The position numbers and the translations under genes are program-made. Source: a virus (Duplodnaviria > Caudoviricetes). From it: DNA of 64,000 bases. This document shows, piece by piece, positions 45,277-54,942 of the stretch. Each line of letters starts with the position of its first letter. The stretch's first letter is position 1. The notes under the pieces were generated by a model. It had not been told where the DNA came from and did no database searches. It worked only from the letters and a program-made list of their open reading frames with translations. The stretch covers positions 1-64,000 of IMG/VR virus record IMGVR_UViG_3300017705_000783; one strand, given 5' to 3'.

Positions 45277-47691
45277 AGAAGTATAAAGTGAAGTTCCATT
45301 AGCATCGCTGGCATTGTAATCGGATGCTGCAATGAGCCCAGAAGTAGCCTTAGTAACGTAAGAATCGGGAGACTTAGCCCATAATCTATTAAAATCTCCA
45401 CAATCTTTCATTTCTATTGTTGATCCATTGTCAGCAACCAAACAAGATTTAAACGATTGCATTTCTACTCTAGTATGCTGGTTTGTATCAGAAAGAGCAT
45501 ACGAACTAACATCCAATTTTCCTTCAGTATTATGTGGAGCAAATTTAATTATAGAATTATTATTAGCACCTACATTTATACCTGCTCTGCCTAGAACAGT
45601 AGGTCCGTTGAATTCTACCTTTGAACCATTATCAACATAAATAGGAGTACTATCTAATAGAGCATCATAAGAACTATCGTCTCCTTCTATTCTGGTGCAG
45701 TAGGTATCTCCACTACATCCCATAAATTTAACATTACTTCCCTCATCAATATAATATGCTTCACCTAATACAGGTTCGGTTGCTGTGAAAGAGTATGAGG
45801 CGTTCCCTGCCAAGGTTCTCATTTGCATAAAATCAGCTTTAGTATTCTTAAGATGAACCCCAGGAATTGTAACTCCATCTCTTACTCTATAACCACCTGA
45901 TCCTATTTCAAAGGGGTAAATATGACGATCAATATCGAATAATTTAAATTTTTTATTCTTAAAAACACAATTCTCTAAATCAAGATGTTGTCCATTAAAT
46001 AAGAAATCTAAAGCTTTATTCGGAGACACTAAGCTATTACCTAATCCATGTAGGGTTTTATAATATTCTACTGTACTATTTTTACCTTCTAAACCGCACC
46101 AATTATTATGATCACAAACTATCTCACTTACCTTTAAAGTAGTATTATTTAATCTAATACCCACTTCATTCATATAAGACATAAGAGTATGATTAAAATC
46201 TATAGTTGAATCATTAGCCTCTAATCCTACTTCTGTATTTAAGAAAGTATCAAGATACAATTGATTATATGGAGTTTGTGCCCCTACTACTGAAGCCCCC
46301 TTCAAGTCCTTGCCTCTCCCACCCTCAGGAGTTTTAAGAATAGAATTATTTAGTTGAACCCCTACAGGAGAGTGAGCAAACGAGAAAGGGGAGTCAGAGG
46401 GAAGTCCCGAACTAACATCATAAGCACCACTTAAGGTAATTTCTGAATTATTAGCTTGCATTCCATAAGCAGTGGAACTACCTCTAGTATTAGCAGCCAA
46501 AGGATAAACTCTATAAGAAGTAAATCCTCTATTTAAATTTACTTTGGAGTTAGTTATTTTAAGCCCAGTCTCTGCGCACCTCATAACAGCACAGTTTTCT
46601 AAAAGAACATTTGAATTTTCTATTTCAATACCATTTGCTACCCCGTGGTCTTGGGCTGGTTCGATAGCAACAGTTGCTAAGTTACCATCAACAACGAAAC
46701 CTCTAATATAAAGAGGTCCGTTGCAGTTCTTTACTGTTATTCTTTGGGCACTATTTGCATAGACAAATCCCGTTGGGAGTGCTTTTATTCTGGTTGCTCT
46801 ATCGGTAGCTGCTTGAAGGTTAGCCATGTTAGAGGGTCTTAATGCTTTACTTGTGAAACTACCCATTAAACTTCCATTGTAGTCGTAGGCGTAAGTAGAA
46901 TCTGTATAATCAGAAAAAGAAAATACACTGTTAGTATTAGAGAAAAAACCAGGACTTGTATTTTTTATAGTCGCTGTTATTCCATTGTTTCTATAGTCGG
47001 GGGTGGGAGTTTTGGGAGCATCTCTACTTCCGTATCCATAGTCCTCGAAGGTAATAGCAGCTATACTGAAAACATCTGCCATTCTTATAAAAGAGCGATG
47101 CCAGTTATTCCAAAAATTATTTCCATGAACAGTGGTTACATTGGTGGCCGTTGCCAAGGAGCTGGTATTGCCCATGGTACTACTAAGATCTATAGATGAC
47201 AAAGAAGTAATGGAGGAAGTGGCACCTGCCGCCGAGGTATCCCAAACCGTACCCGCCCCAGAACCACTAAGGATCTTAGCAAATCCTCTATTTACTATTT
47301 CTAATCCCCCATCACCTACAAACTCGAAATCTTGAATATCAATATTCCCAAGATTACCACTAACAGCAACCTCTATAATTACAGGAAATCTAAGAGTCCT
47401 TGGTAGCTTGTTTAACGCTGCGCTTACGGAGGAGAACACTTGATATGGGCCAGTGGCGTCCACGGACGAATCCGATACACTCAAGTGAAGCCCAGTAAGG
47501 GAAGAAGTGGGATAACCCAGTTGCTCCCAATTAAACTCGGTTCTTTCCTCTAAATCGTAAAGAGGAAGATTATCCTGCTCCCAATTATAAAAAGAGCTTG
47601 CATCATACTTATAGACAGTACTAGTCCAGTCCCCTCTTACTAACTTATCGTCACCTTGTGCTAAATATAAATCATTTTCTAAAAAAGGCAT
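45244..47691 (-). CDS. Tailspike/fibre protein with parallel beta-helix repeats (N-terminal part; frameshifted)
   Basis: Repeats such as GIEIENSNVLLENC..GLKITNSKVNL and GLEANDSTIDF..GIRLNNTTLKV are typical of pectate-lyase-like helices. Confidence 0.7.
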   Translation of the reverse strand: MPFLENDLYLAQGDDKLVRGDWTSTVYKYDASSFYNWEQDNLPLYDLEERTEFNWEQLGYPTSSLTGLHLSVSDSSVDATGPYQVFSSVSAALNKLPRTLRFPVIIEVAVSGNLGNIDIQDFEFVGDGGLEIVNRGFAKILSGSGAGTVWDTSAAGATSSITSLSSIDLSSTMGNTSSLATATNVTTVHGNNFWNNWHRSFIRMADVFSIAAITFEDYGYGSRDAPKTPTPDYRNNGITATIKNTSPGFFSNTNSVFSFSDYTDSTYAYDYNGSLMGSFTSKALRPSNMANLQAATDRATRIKALPTGFVYANSAQRITVKNCNGPLYIRGFVVDGNLATVAIEPAQDHGVANGIEIENSNVLLENCAVMRCAETGLKITNSKVNLNRGFTSYRVYPLAANTRGSSTAYGMQANNSEITLSGAYDVSSGLPSDSPFSFAHSPVGVQLNNSILKTPEGGRGKDLKGASVVGAQTPYNQLYLDTFLNTEVGLEANDSTIDFNHTLMSYMNEVGIRLNNTTLKVSEIVCDHNNWCGLEGKNSTVEYYKTLHGLGNSLVSPNKALDFLFNGQHLDLENCVFKNKKFKLFDIDRHIYPFEIGSGGYRVRDGVTIPGVHLKNTKADFMQMRTLAGNASYSFTATEPVLGEAYYIDEGSNVKFMGCSGDTYCTRIEGDDSSYDALLDSTPIYVDNGSKVEFNGPTVLGRAGINVGANNNSIIKFAPHNTEGKLDVSSYALSDTNQHTRVEMQSFKSCLVADNGSTIEMKDCGDFNRLWAKSPDSYVTKATSGLIAASDYNASDANGTSLYTSGVIFNFILIQ

Positions 47692-47694
47692 AAC

Positions 47695-48282
47695 TTAAAA
47701 ACTCAACTTCCACTTAAATACCAACGAGAACTGGTTCGTTTTCTTTATATTATTAAAGGTTCTATAGGCTACCAAAGGACTCCTCCTATCTTGGCCTGAT
47801 ATAAGGATTGCTAAAGGGTTAGACATAAATAATCCAATTTCATTCAAGTCTTGTTCAAAAGATGAATCCTCAGGCAAATATAAAACATAGGTAACCGAAG
47901 TGGAAGAAGATTTCTTTATTACATTATCGGAGATGAGTAGGAATATCTCATTCGTAGGTGATGGACCTCCTTGGGGTAACATTCTTTTATGGTTACTTAC
48001 AACAACATTATTCCCATACTCCGCTTCTGTTTTTTGGTATCCACCTAAACTACCTTGAGTATAATCATATGAAGTTGGGGCTCCTGATCCTACTTGGAAA
48101 TATCTTATCTGGAAGTCTTCCACCGTAGAGGATCCCTGTCCAGCGAAAAGCATAGCTAGACCTACTCCCATCCCAGAAGTAATGACATTATGGTCATCAA
48201 ATACTTTCTCTTCTGTGCCATCAGAAAATATTTTAAAAATCTCTAAATGACCAGATACATCTAATATATCATTTTGTTTCAT
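47695..48282 (-). CDS. Baseplate/tail-collar family protein, paralog 3
   Basis: GHLEIFKI..DHNVITSG, FQVGSG, EIGLF.SNP, LVAYRTF..I.KT..FSL.F.W.L.F. Confidence 0.55.
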   Translation of the reverse strand: MKQNDILDVSGHLEIFKIFSDGTEEKVFDDHNVITSGMGVGLAMLFAGQGSSTVEDFQIRYFQVGSGAPTSYDYTQGSLGGYQKTEAEYGNNVVVSNHKRMLPQGGPSPTNEIFLLISDNVIKKSSSTSVTYVLYLPEDSSFEQDLNEIGLFMSNPLAILISGQDRRSPLVAYRTFNNIKKTNQFSLVFKWKLSF

Positions 48283-48298
48283 ATCTCTTCATTATATA

Positions 48299-49000
48299 CT
48301 ATTTAACTCCAGGAGTTATATTATCATAAATATTTGAATTCCCTAAGAACCCAATACTCCATTCTATAAGCAATTTAAACTCAGATCTTTTAGTTAAAGG
48401 TTCACTAAGCTGCTTGTATGCCACTAATAAGGGCTTATCATTCTTGTATCCTATCGGATTTTTAGAAAATAATCCAAATTCTCTTAATAAAATACCATTT
48501 GCCGTGTCTTTATCTAAAACTATACTCACTTCTACAGAGTCTAAATAAGTTTTAGTAATATTAGTTCGTGGTATAGGAATAAACCAGTGCTTGTCCGAGG
48601 TCGAAGACGTTTCTATAGAGGACGCAGGGGCACTAGACACGCCAGCACTCAAAAACAACATTTCACTGTAGGTAGTTCCACTGTCTGCGGTGGACGCAAG
48701 AAATGATCTATTCAACTTTTGAAGCTCTAATGTAGTCTCATCTCCATACTGGGAGGTAGAGGATAGGGGTGCTGATAAATGATAGAATATACCAGACGCT
48801 AAACCCCCATCCCGAGAAGAGTTCATACCACTAACTCCCAACTGAAGATACCCAGGGGTTATAGATGGTATACTAACTGCTTCTCCTGTTAATATAGAAA
48901 CTATATCTACAACAAGTCCCCGAACTAACATATTACTATCATCGACAACCACTTCTTTATAGTCATCGTAAATCTTTGTTACTTTAAGGTGACCCCCCAT
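48299..49000 (-). CDS. Baseplate/tail-collar family protein, paralog 2
   Basis: GHLKVTKI..DSNMLV.G, YLQLG, EFGLFSKNP, LVAYKQL..L.K..EF.L.IEW.I.F. Confidence 0.55.
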   Translation of the reverse strand: MGGHLKVTKIYDDYKEVVVDDSNMLVRGLVVDIVSILTGEAVSIPSITPGYLQLGVSGMNSSRDGGLASGIFYHLSAPLSSTSQYGDETTLELQKLNRSFLASTADSGTTYSEMLFLSAGVSSAPASSIETSSTSDKHWFIPIPRTNITKTYLDSVEVSIVLDKDTANGILLREFGLFSKNPIGYKNDKPLLVAYKQLSEPLTKRSEFKLLIEWSIGFLGNSNIYDNITPGVK

Positions 49001-50265
49001 TAGAATGTCCTCCCAAAATCAAAGTTTATTCTCCACTGAATAGTTAGATCTGCATAATTTTTTATACCAGCAAGCCTCGCAGCGACCGCATCATTTATGG
49101 TTGTTAAATCCTCGCTAAATACTTTTTTAGCAAATAGTTTGTATTTTCTATTGTTAGTTGGCGTGGTCCATGCTACGGGAGCAGCTTCGCTTTTAAATGT
49201 TTCTTTAGCGTCTAAAGCCCACAACCCTATATTGGTAAATCCTTTATATGCTGCTAGACATAGTAGATCAGTGGAAGAGATAGTGAAGTTATAACATACA
49301 GCAGGACTTCCTATAAAGGCGGTAGACCCGTCAACTAAACCTCCCCCTGTGTAGGACACACTTGTCAAGGAACTAGCGGTAGCAGCAGACACCGCAACGC
49401 CCTGAGTAGTATCTCCGCTAGCAGGGTGATTTTGTATAGGATAAGCTACTAAATAACCCTCCCTATCCATAGACCCCACAGTATTGTATCTACCCTTAAC
49501 CCCTGATACTACTGTGTTTATGCTGGAAAGTAGGTAGGTCCAAGGGGCTGATGTCTCTGTGACCGCGCCCCTAGTTACAGAAGTATCCCATATATAAATA
49601 TTAACCCCACTACTAGGAGCATAGCATCCTTGGTAAAGAGTCTCCATACTTTTAACAGAAGATGAATAATAAGAATTTAAATTATGTCCATTAGGAGTTA
49701 TTAAAGCACTTGCATTTCTCCAAGAAGGAGTATTTGAAGGACTGAAAAGAGCAGTGTATGTTGTTAGCTCTGGATACTCGGACACTGCGGAAAGCTCATA
49801 ATACAACTGGACTTGAGTTTTGGATGAATTCTCTAATCGTGTGTCCCGTGGGCGTGGATCCTTTGGAAGTTCATAAGAAGGAGTAAAAGAAGAAGCCCCG
49901 CCTAAATTTCTAGCACCTATAAATGCTGATAGGTCAGCGTCAGCGTTCTTATCTGCAAAAATAGAAGATAAGTTTCTGTTGTTGTAAAATCCGTGCATAC
50001 CAATAACATCGGTGTCTGCTGCACTTGTGTCAGGATGGCCCCCGTATAGCTTCTCAGCTTTTCCTAAGGACACTGCTTGTATTGTAAAGTTAGAGGGGTT
50101 GAGAGATTCTGATCCTGCTAGGTTCTTTAGACTATAAGGAGTAGTAAGCATATCAACAATAACTTCAGACGCACCATCCACCACCATGTTACTCTCTTTG
50201 AGAACACTTTCGGATGCTCCGTCCTGCATTATTTTAAATACTTCTACTTCGCCTTTAATCTTCAT
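49000..50265 (-). CDS. Baseplate/tail-collar family protein, paralog 1 (with large insertion)
   Basis: GEVEVFKI..ESNMVVDG, AVSLG, NIGLW, LFAKKVF, LTIQWRINF. Confidence 0.5.
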   Translation of the reverse strand: MKIKGEVEVFKIMQDGASESVLKESNMVVDGASEVIVDMLTTPYSLKNLAGSESLNPSNFTIQAVSLGKAEKLYGGHPDTSAADTDVIGMHGFYNNRNLSSIFADKNADADLSAFIGARNLGGASSFTPSYELPKDPRPRDTRLENSSKTQVQLYYELSAVSEYPELTTYTALFSPSNTPSWRNASALITPNGHNLNSYYSSSVKSMETLYQGCYAPSSGVNIYIWDTSVTRGAVTETSAPWTYLLSSINTVVSGVKGRYNTVGSMDREGYLVAYPIQNHPASGDTTQGVAVSAATASSLTSVSYTGGGLVDGSTAFIGSPAVCYNFTISSTDLLCLAAYKGFTNIGLWALDAKETFKSEAAPVAWTTPTNNRKYKLFAKKVFSEDLTTINDAVAARLAGIKNYADLTIQWRINFDFGRTF

Positions 50266-53200
50266 CTAATTTCCTCTAATAATCAGAGAACTCACCTGAT
50301 TAAAAATTCCATCTCCAGACAGAGCATAAATCTCTCTCTTTATATTATCTCTATAACTTAATCTACCTCCTCCACTAACCCCCATCTCCCCAGAAGTTGT
50401 AATTGCATTTCTAGAAGCCAAAGTACTTTTTGCTAGAGAGGTAAAATAATCAAAACATGCTTTTAATTCATGCTTATTTAGTTCATACTTATTATAGCTT
50501 GTGGGAACTATCGCTCTTTCTCTAAAAGTTTTATTATACATACTAATGGTATTAAGTAATATAAAAGAGTCTGGATCTGCTGTCTCCAAGAATATCTCTA
50601 TGTAATATTTTCTATCCTTGGTATGAATCTTTTCTGTTATCTGATCCTTAATTCCATTATTGTTTGTATTGAAATTAAAACTTAGAGTTTCAAACAAGGA
50701 CTGGGAGGCCCAGCGGTAAACGCTCGGAACTTCCTCCTCCGAGGAAGTTCCTCCTGCCATGCACCCTACCCTAGGTGAAAGATTGTGGTATGGAGTTATA
50801 ATCTTGTTAGTCTTTATATCTCTCATTGAAGAATTTTCTTTTTCGCCGTATCTAATGATATCAGTTATATTTTTTTCTGTAAATTTACTTCCAATAGATA
50901 ATCCAGGAACTATTCCGAAAGGTAAGTCTTCATTTATAACTGAGAGTTTATGTCTTACCCATGTGCCGTTAGAGAAAGACCATATAGAATTTTCTGTTGT
51001 ATACGTTTTATCTGGTTTTTTGTAAGTATAGGAAATAGGCTCAGTATGAATCCAAACCTTTAAAGTACGGCCTCCTATAAGGTCAGAATCTGAATGTATA
51101 TTAGCAGCATTAATATCTATCTGGTAGTCCGAATTTGGAAATAAGTAATTTTTAAAATCAGGTCTACTAGAATCAGGTTCTATCTTATATCTTATTCTTG
51201 GGAAGGTATTGGCGGCGTTTCTTCCATATTTAATAACAAGATTATCTTGTAAAACTGAGGACTTCATCCACTCAGGAATATTTTTAGTTTTTACATCCTT
51301 ATCCAAACCTGTAACTCTTAAAAAGGCAAATGTGGTAGGTAAGGTATAGGGTTCATTAGGAGGTATATAAGCCCCCGTTAAGTTGAAATCAAGCGTACCC
51401 CTACTGGTGGTATAGAATTGTGCTTGTTGTACTGCGTATGGGTTAGATGTATCAACAAACTCTACTCCACTTAAGAAAGAATCATTTCTCACTTCAATTC
51501 TTCCTACATACATGTCTGAAGCATTGGAGGCAGCATAATTTGTTATACCCCATGCGTTAGATGGAGCCATTGCCATTGCTCCCCTACCAAAATAGTAACC
51601 TATATTAATAAGATCCCCTGTCCTAACTGAGCCAATAGAGGAGGTTATTAATCCAGGAGCTACATCATCTATGGACGACGCAGTAATTTCATAATCATCA
51701 TTGAATAAGTAAGGACCGTAAGTATGAGTTATAATATTATTAGCACCCGCATCATACTTGAAATTAAAATTTATAGGAACTCTTGTATAGTGATCAAGCC
51801 AATCCTTATAAAACTTATGTAATGTAGATCCAAAAGCAAAATCTCCCATATAGTTTAAATTACTAACACTAATAGTATTTTCATGTAATTGATTAGCAAT
51901 TGAGTTTAATACATCCCTATATTCATCGACGTACCAACTGGACACTGTTACAGGTTGTATTTTTGAGGAGGACACAGGCCACGAAGAATTCACAGTCCCA
52001 TCGGGATTATAATATCCTGATACTATAGAGGAAGCCTCATGTAGGATCGAAGCCTCTCTTACTCTATGTTGTAAGCTTTGCAATTCAGTTAAAGAGCCTC
52101 GTTTGCCAAAGAAAGAAGACGCAGCCGAGCTATCAACCCCAGACAATCCCCTCAAAGGAAAGGTAGTACTTACTTCAACCCCAAAAAAGCTGTCGGAAGA
52201 ATTATAAGCTTGACAGTTGTTCCAAACAGGACTTATGGTTACATTATCAATAAGGTTTCCAAAGTTATTAGGATCTCTCTTTAGGGGAACAGGGGAGAAG
52301 GATAAACTACTGGGGATGAATCCAAGTGAGAATATCCCCGAGGTTAGAAGGTTTGCACCTGTTGAATAAAAACTCCCCCCATCTTTGTTAACGGGAAGTT
52401 GTGTTGCCCTATAAAGCCAGTCATACCCAGCAGACCCCATCCCATCCCTAATATCTACATTCTCCCAGTTCATTAAATACTTATGATTTTTTCTCCGAAT
52501 AGCGTTGCGCGGAGCAGCCGAGAAGAAAATATCCGCTACTCCAGATCCCATCAAAGCACCGCTCAAGCTATTAGCCGCTTCTCTTCTAAATACTGTTTGT
52601 TGACCCGCTGGTAAGACGCTCGTATTTCTTGGATTTATAGTACTAACAGCAAAGTTAGTAAGTATTGTGGCAGAGGCATTAGAAGATACGGCCACGGAAC
52701 TCAACCCAAGAACAGCCTTCATTGTAGAGATTGCACTAAGAGCTATATTAGTATCTTCAACAGAAGATACGTCAAGAATTATATCGGCTGTAGCATGGGC
52801 TGGAGCTACCGTATTAACAAGAGTTTTTACTCTAGATAAAGCATACTTTGATTCTTTATCTAAATTAATAGAAGCAAAATCGAATGAACTTGCGGACAAA
52901 GAAATTTTAAAATGAGAAGACTTAGAACTCCAAAAAGGTAAGTACCTAAATAAATCATCCCCATAGGGCCTAGTATTATTAACTACTTTGTCATAATTAA
53001 AAGGTGTTTGTTCTGTTGTTGTAAAGAATAGGAACGAATTTCTATAAAAATTTACATCTTCTTTTTCTAAAGTATTATTAAGAATATAAGAGTGAACACT
53101 ATTAGCCGAATTTGTATCCACACCAAAACATACTAATTTCTTTTTTAAAGATTCTAATAATGGAAGAGATACTTGACAATTAGAATAATACTTTATCTCT

Positions 53201-54942
53201 TCCCATGGTGGAATAGGCATAACCCTATCCCTATAAGTAAAAATAAAATTTTGATCTTGTTTTGGTATTATTTTATGGGAAGTTCTTATATTAAAAACTG
53301 ATCCCGTATAGAAATCACCATCTTCGGTTCTGTTCCATGGGCCTTCGTATTTTATCTCTTCCTGATCTAGGGGAAGAAAAGCGGGTAAATGAGTTTTAGG
53401 GGGCTCTAAGAAGAATGTAACTCTAGGAAATAATGAGTTCCCAAAAATAAAATTATTAGGGAACTCATTAGCTAATTCCCACATAATCCTATCAACAGCT
53501 AACCTAACATTGGTTTCTAAATTAGTAGAATAGCTATCCAACCCCAAAACGTCAGCCCTATCCTTACTAAAGGAAGCTAACCCGTTCTCTGTTAGATTAG
53601 AACTCGTCATCAGAGTATAAAATACTATATTAGGAATATAAGATTCCCACAGATCAAATAGAGTCCCAGAGGTTATATTAAAGGCTCCGTCCCTGCCGAA
53701 CACAGAATCAACCATGCCCTGGACGGATCTCTTCGTTCCTTTAGCCTTATAAATTGATACAGCCTGTCTGAGCTGATTCCTGTGTCGTGTTGAGTCTGGT
53801 CCGATCAACGTCCACCCGATTAAATCAGCTAAATAAGGGAGTAGCTCATCAGGGCAGTGATCTATATCAACAAGGGTCTCAAGTTCTTTTATTTCTGAAC
53901 TTCTATCAGCAAAAGAGAAGGAGAATGCTTTTAATGCCCTATTAAGGGGTCCTGCTGAATCTTCATCTGAAATTAAAGAGGTGGTGCTGATATAATCAGA
54001 AAATGAATCCCTAACTTTAGTATCGTTTAGATTAAAATAATCTCCCTCATAAAGAACACTAACTAAAGTTTCTAATCTATCCCTATGCTGTGTTCCTGAG
54101 ACATAAGAAAGAGCATTATAACCAGATGTAGCATCAGAACCAGAAGTTCTGTATTTCTCAGGTAAAATACGCTCATCAATGGACGAGAAGGAATAATAAT
54201 TACTCCACAAATATCTTTCAAATATCTTTAAACAATCATCTAAACCAATAACTTCCCCAAACCAAAGGTTTTTAGCAAGAAGAGTTGCAACCTCACCCGA
54301 GGTTGAATACCCCGAAGGTCTTACGTTAGCTCCTGCTGGGTCTGGGGCGTTTAGAAAGTAAAGCCATGATAATTTATCTATTAAATACTTATGGGTTCCT
54401 GAACTATCGTTAGAGAACGCAGAAGCTGTTGTTGTTGCTAGATTATTTCCAGGAGTTCCATCATTTTTTTCTAGCTCTATTGTAGGAAGAAAAGTTCCTG
54501 ATATATAATTTAACAAATCTCCACTAGAACTGAAATTAGATAAAGTCTTTCCTATCTTTTGAAGTATATTGTTCTCAAAGTTAGTGGGGGAAACCCAAGT
54601 AAGGTTATTCTGTTTCACAAAATACTTAGAAATACCACCCACTGCGCTGACGGAGCTAAGATACTCTACGGTTGGAAGGGAGGATACGTATATAACAGCA
54701 GAAGAATCAGCAGCTAAAATATGTGAGTTAATTAGCTGGTCTACTTCGGTAACCTCAACCCCACTAAGCGATATATCATCGTCAAAGTACACATTTGGCG
54801 TAATAATTTTTACAGCATCTAAGTAATTTCTCTTAAAATAGGACTGGGAACCTGGGAGGATTCTCTCGGGACTTCCCGCTGTGGGTCTCGTTAGAGTTCC
54901 CGTATACTTAGTAAAATTATCTGTTACGCTTCTTTTAGACAT
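50266..54942 (-). CDS. Large baseplate wedge protein (gp7 / P2 gpI-like domain)
   Basis: 1558 aa; LVDIDHCPDELLPYLADLIGW...NQLRQAVSIYKAKGTKRSV and LVNTVAPAH motifs; follows gp6. Confidence 0.7.
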   Translation of the reverse strand: MSKRSVTDNFTKYTGTLTRPTAGSPERILPGSQSYFKRNYLDAVKIITPNVYFDDDISLSGVEVTEVDQLINSHILAADSSAVIYVSSLPTVEYLSSVSAVGGISKYFVKQNNLTWVSPTNFENNILQKIGKTLSNFSSSGDLLNYISGTFLPTIELEKNDGTPGNNLATTTASAFSNDSSGTHKYLIDKLSWLYFLNAPDPAGANVRPSGYSTSGEVATLLAKNLWFGEVIGLDDCLKIFERYLWSNYYSFSSIDERILPEKYRTSGSDATSGYNALSYVSGTQHRDRLETLVSVLYEGDYFNLNDTKVRDSFSDYISTTSLISDEDSAGPLNRALKAFSFSFADRSSEIKELETLVDIDHCPDELLPYLADLIGWTLIGPDSTRHRNQLRQAVSIYKAKGTKRSVQGMVDSVFGRDGAFNITSGTLFDLWESYIPNIVFYTLMTSSNLTENGLASFSKDRADVLGLDSYSTNLETNVRLAVDRIMWELANEFPNNFIFGNSLFPRVTFFLEPPKTHLPAFLPLDQEEIKYEGPWNRTEDGDFYTGSVFNIRTSHKIIPKQDQNFIFTYRDRVMPIPPWEEIKYYSNCQVSLPLLESLKKKLVCFGVDTNSANSVHSYILNNTLEKEDVNFYRNSFLFFTTTEQTPFNYDKVVNNTRPYGDDLFRYLPFWSSKSSHFKISLSASSFDFASINLDKESKYALSRVKTLVNTVAPAHATADIILDVSSVEDTNIALSAISTMKAVLGLSSVAVSSNASATILTNFAVSTINPRNTSVLPAGQQTVFRREAANSLSGALMGSGVADIFFSAAPRNAIRRKNHKYLMNWENVDIRDGMGSAGYDWLYRATQLPVNKDGGSFYSTGANLLTSGIFSLGFIPSSLSFSPVPLKRDPNNFGNLIDNVTISPVWNNCQAYNSSDSFFGVEVSTTFPLRGLSGVDSSAASSFFGKRGSLTELQSLQHRVREASILHEASSIVSGYYNPDGTVNSSWPVSSSKIQPVTVSSWYVDEYRDVLNSIANQLHENTISVSNLNYMGDFAFGSTLHKFYKDWLDHYTRVPINFNFKYDAGANNIITHTYGPYLFNDDYEITASSIDDVAPGLITSSIGSVRTGDLINIGYYFGRGAMAMAPSNAWGITNYAASNASDMYVGRIEVRNDSFLSGVEFVDTSNPYAVQQAQFYTTSRGTLDFNLTGAYIPPNEPYTLPTTFAFLRVTGLDKDVKTKNIPEWMKSSVLQDNLVIKYGRNAANTFPRIRYKIEPDSSRPDFKNYLFPNSDYQIDINAANIHSDSDLIGGRTLKVWIHTEPISYTYKKPDKTYTTENSIWSFSNGTWVRHKLSVINEDLPFGIVPGLSIGSKFTEKNITDIIRYGEKENSSMRDIKTNKIITPYHNLSPRVGCMAGGTSSEEEVPSVYRWASQSLFETLSFNFNTNNNGIKDQITEKIHTKDRKYYIEIFLETADPDSFILLNTISMYNKTFRERAIVPTSYNKYELNKHELKACFDYFTSLAKSTLASRNAITTSGEMGVSGGGRLSYRDNIKREIYALSGDGIFNQVSSLIIRGN

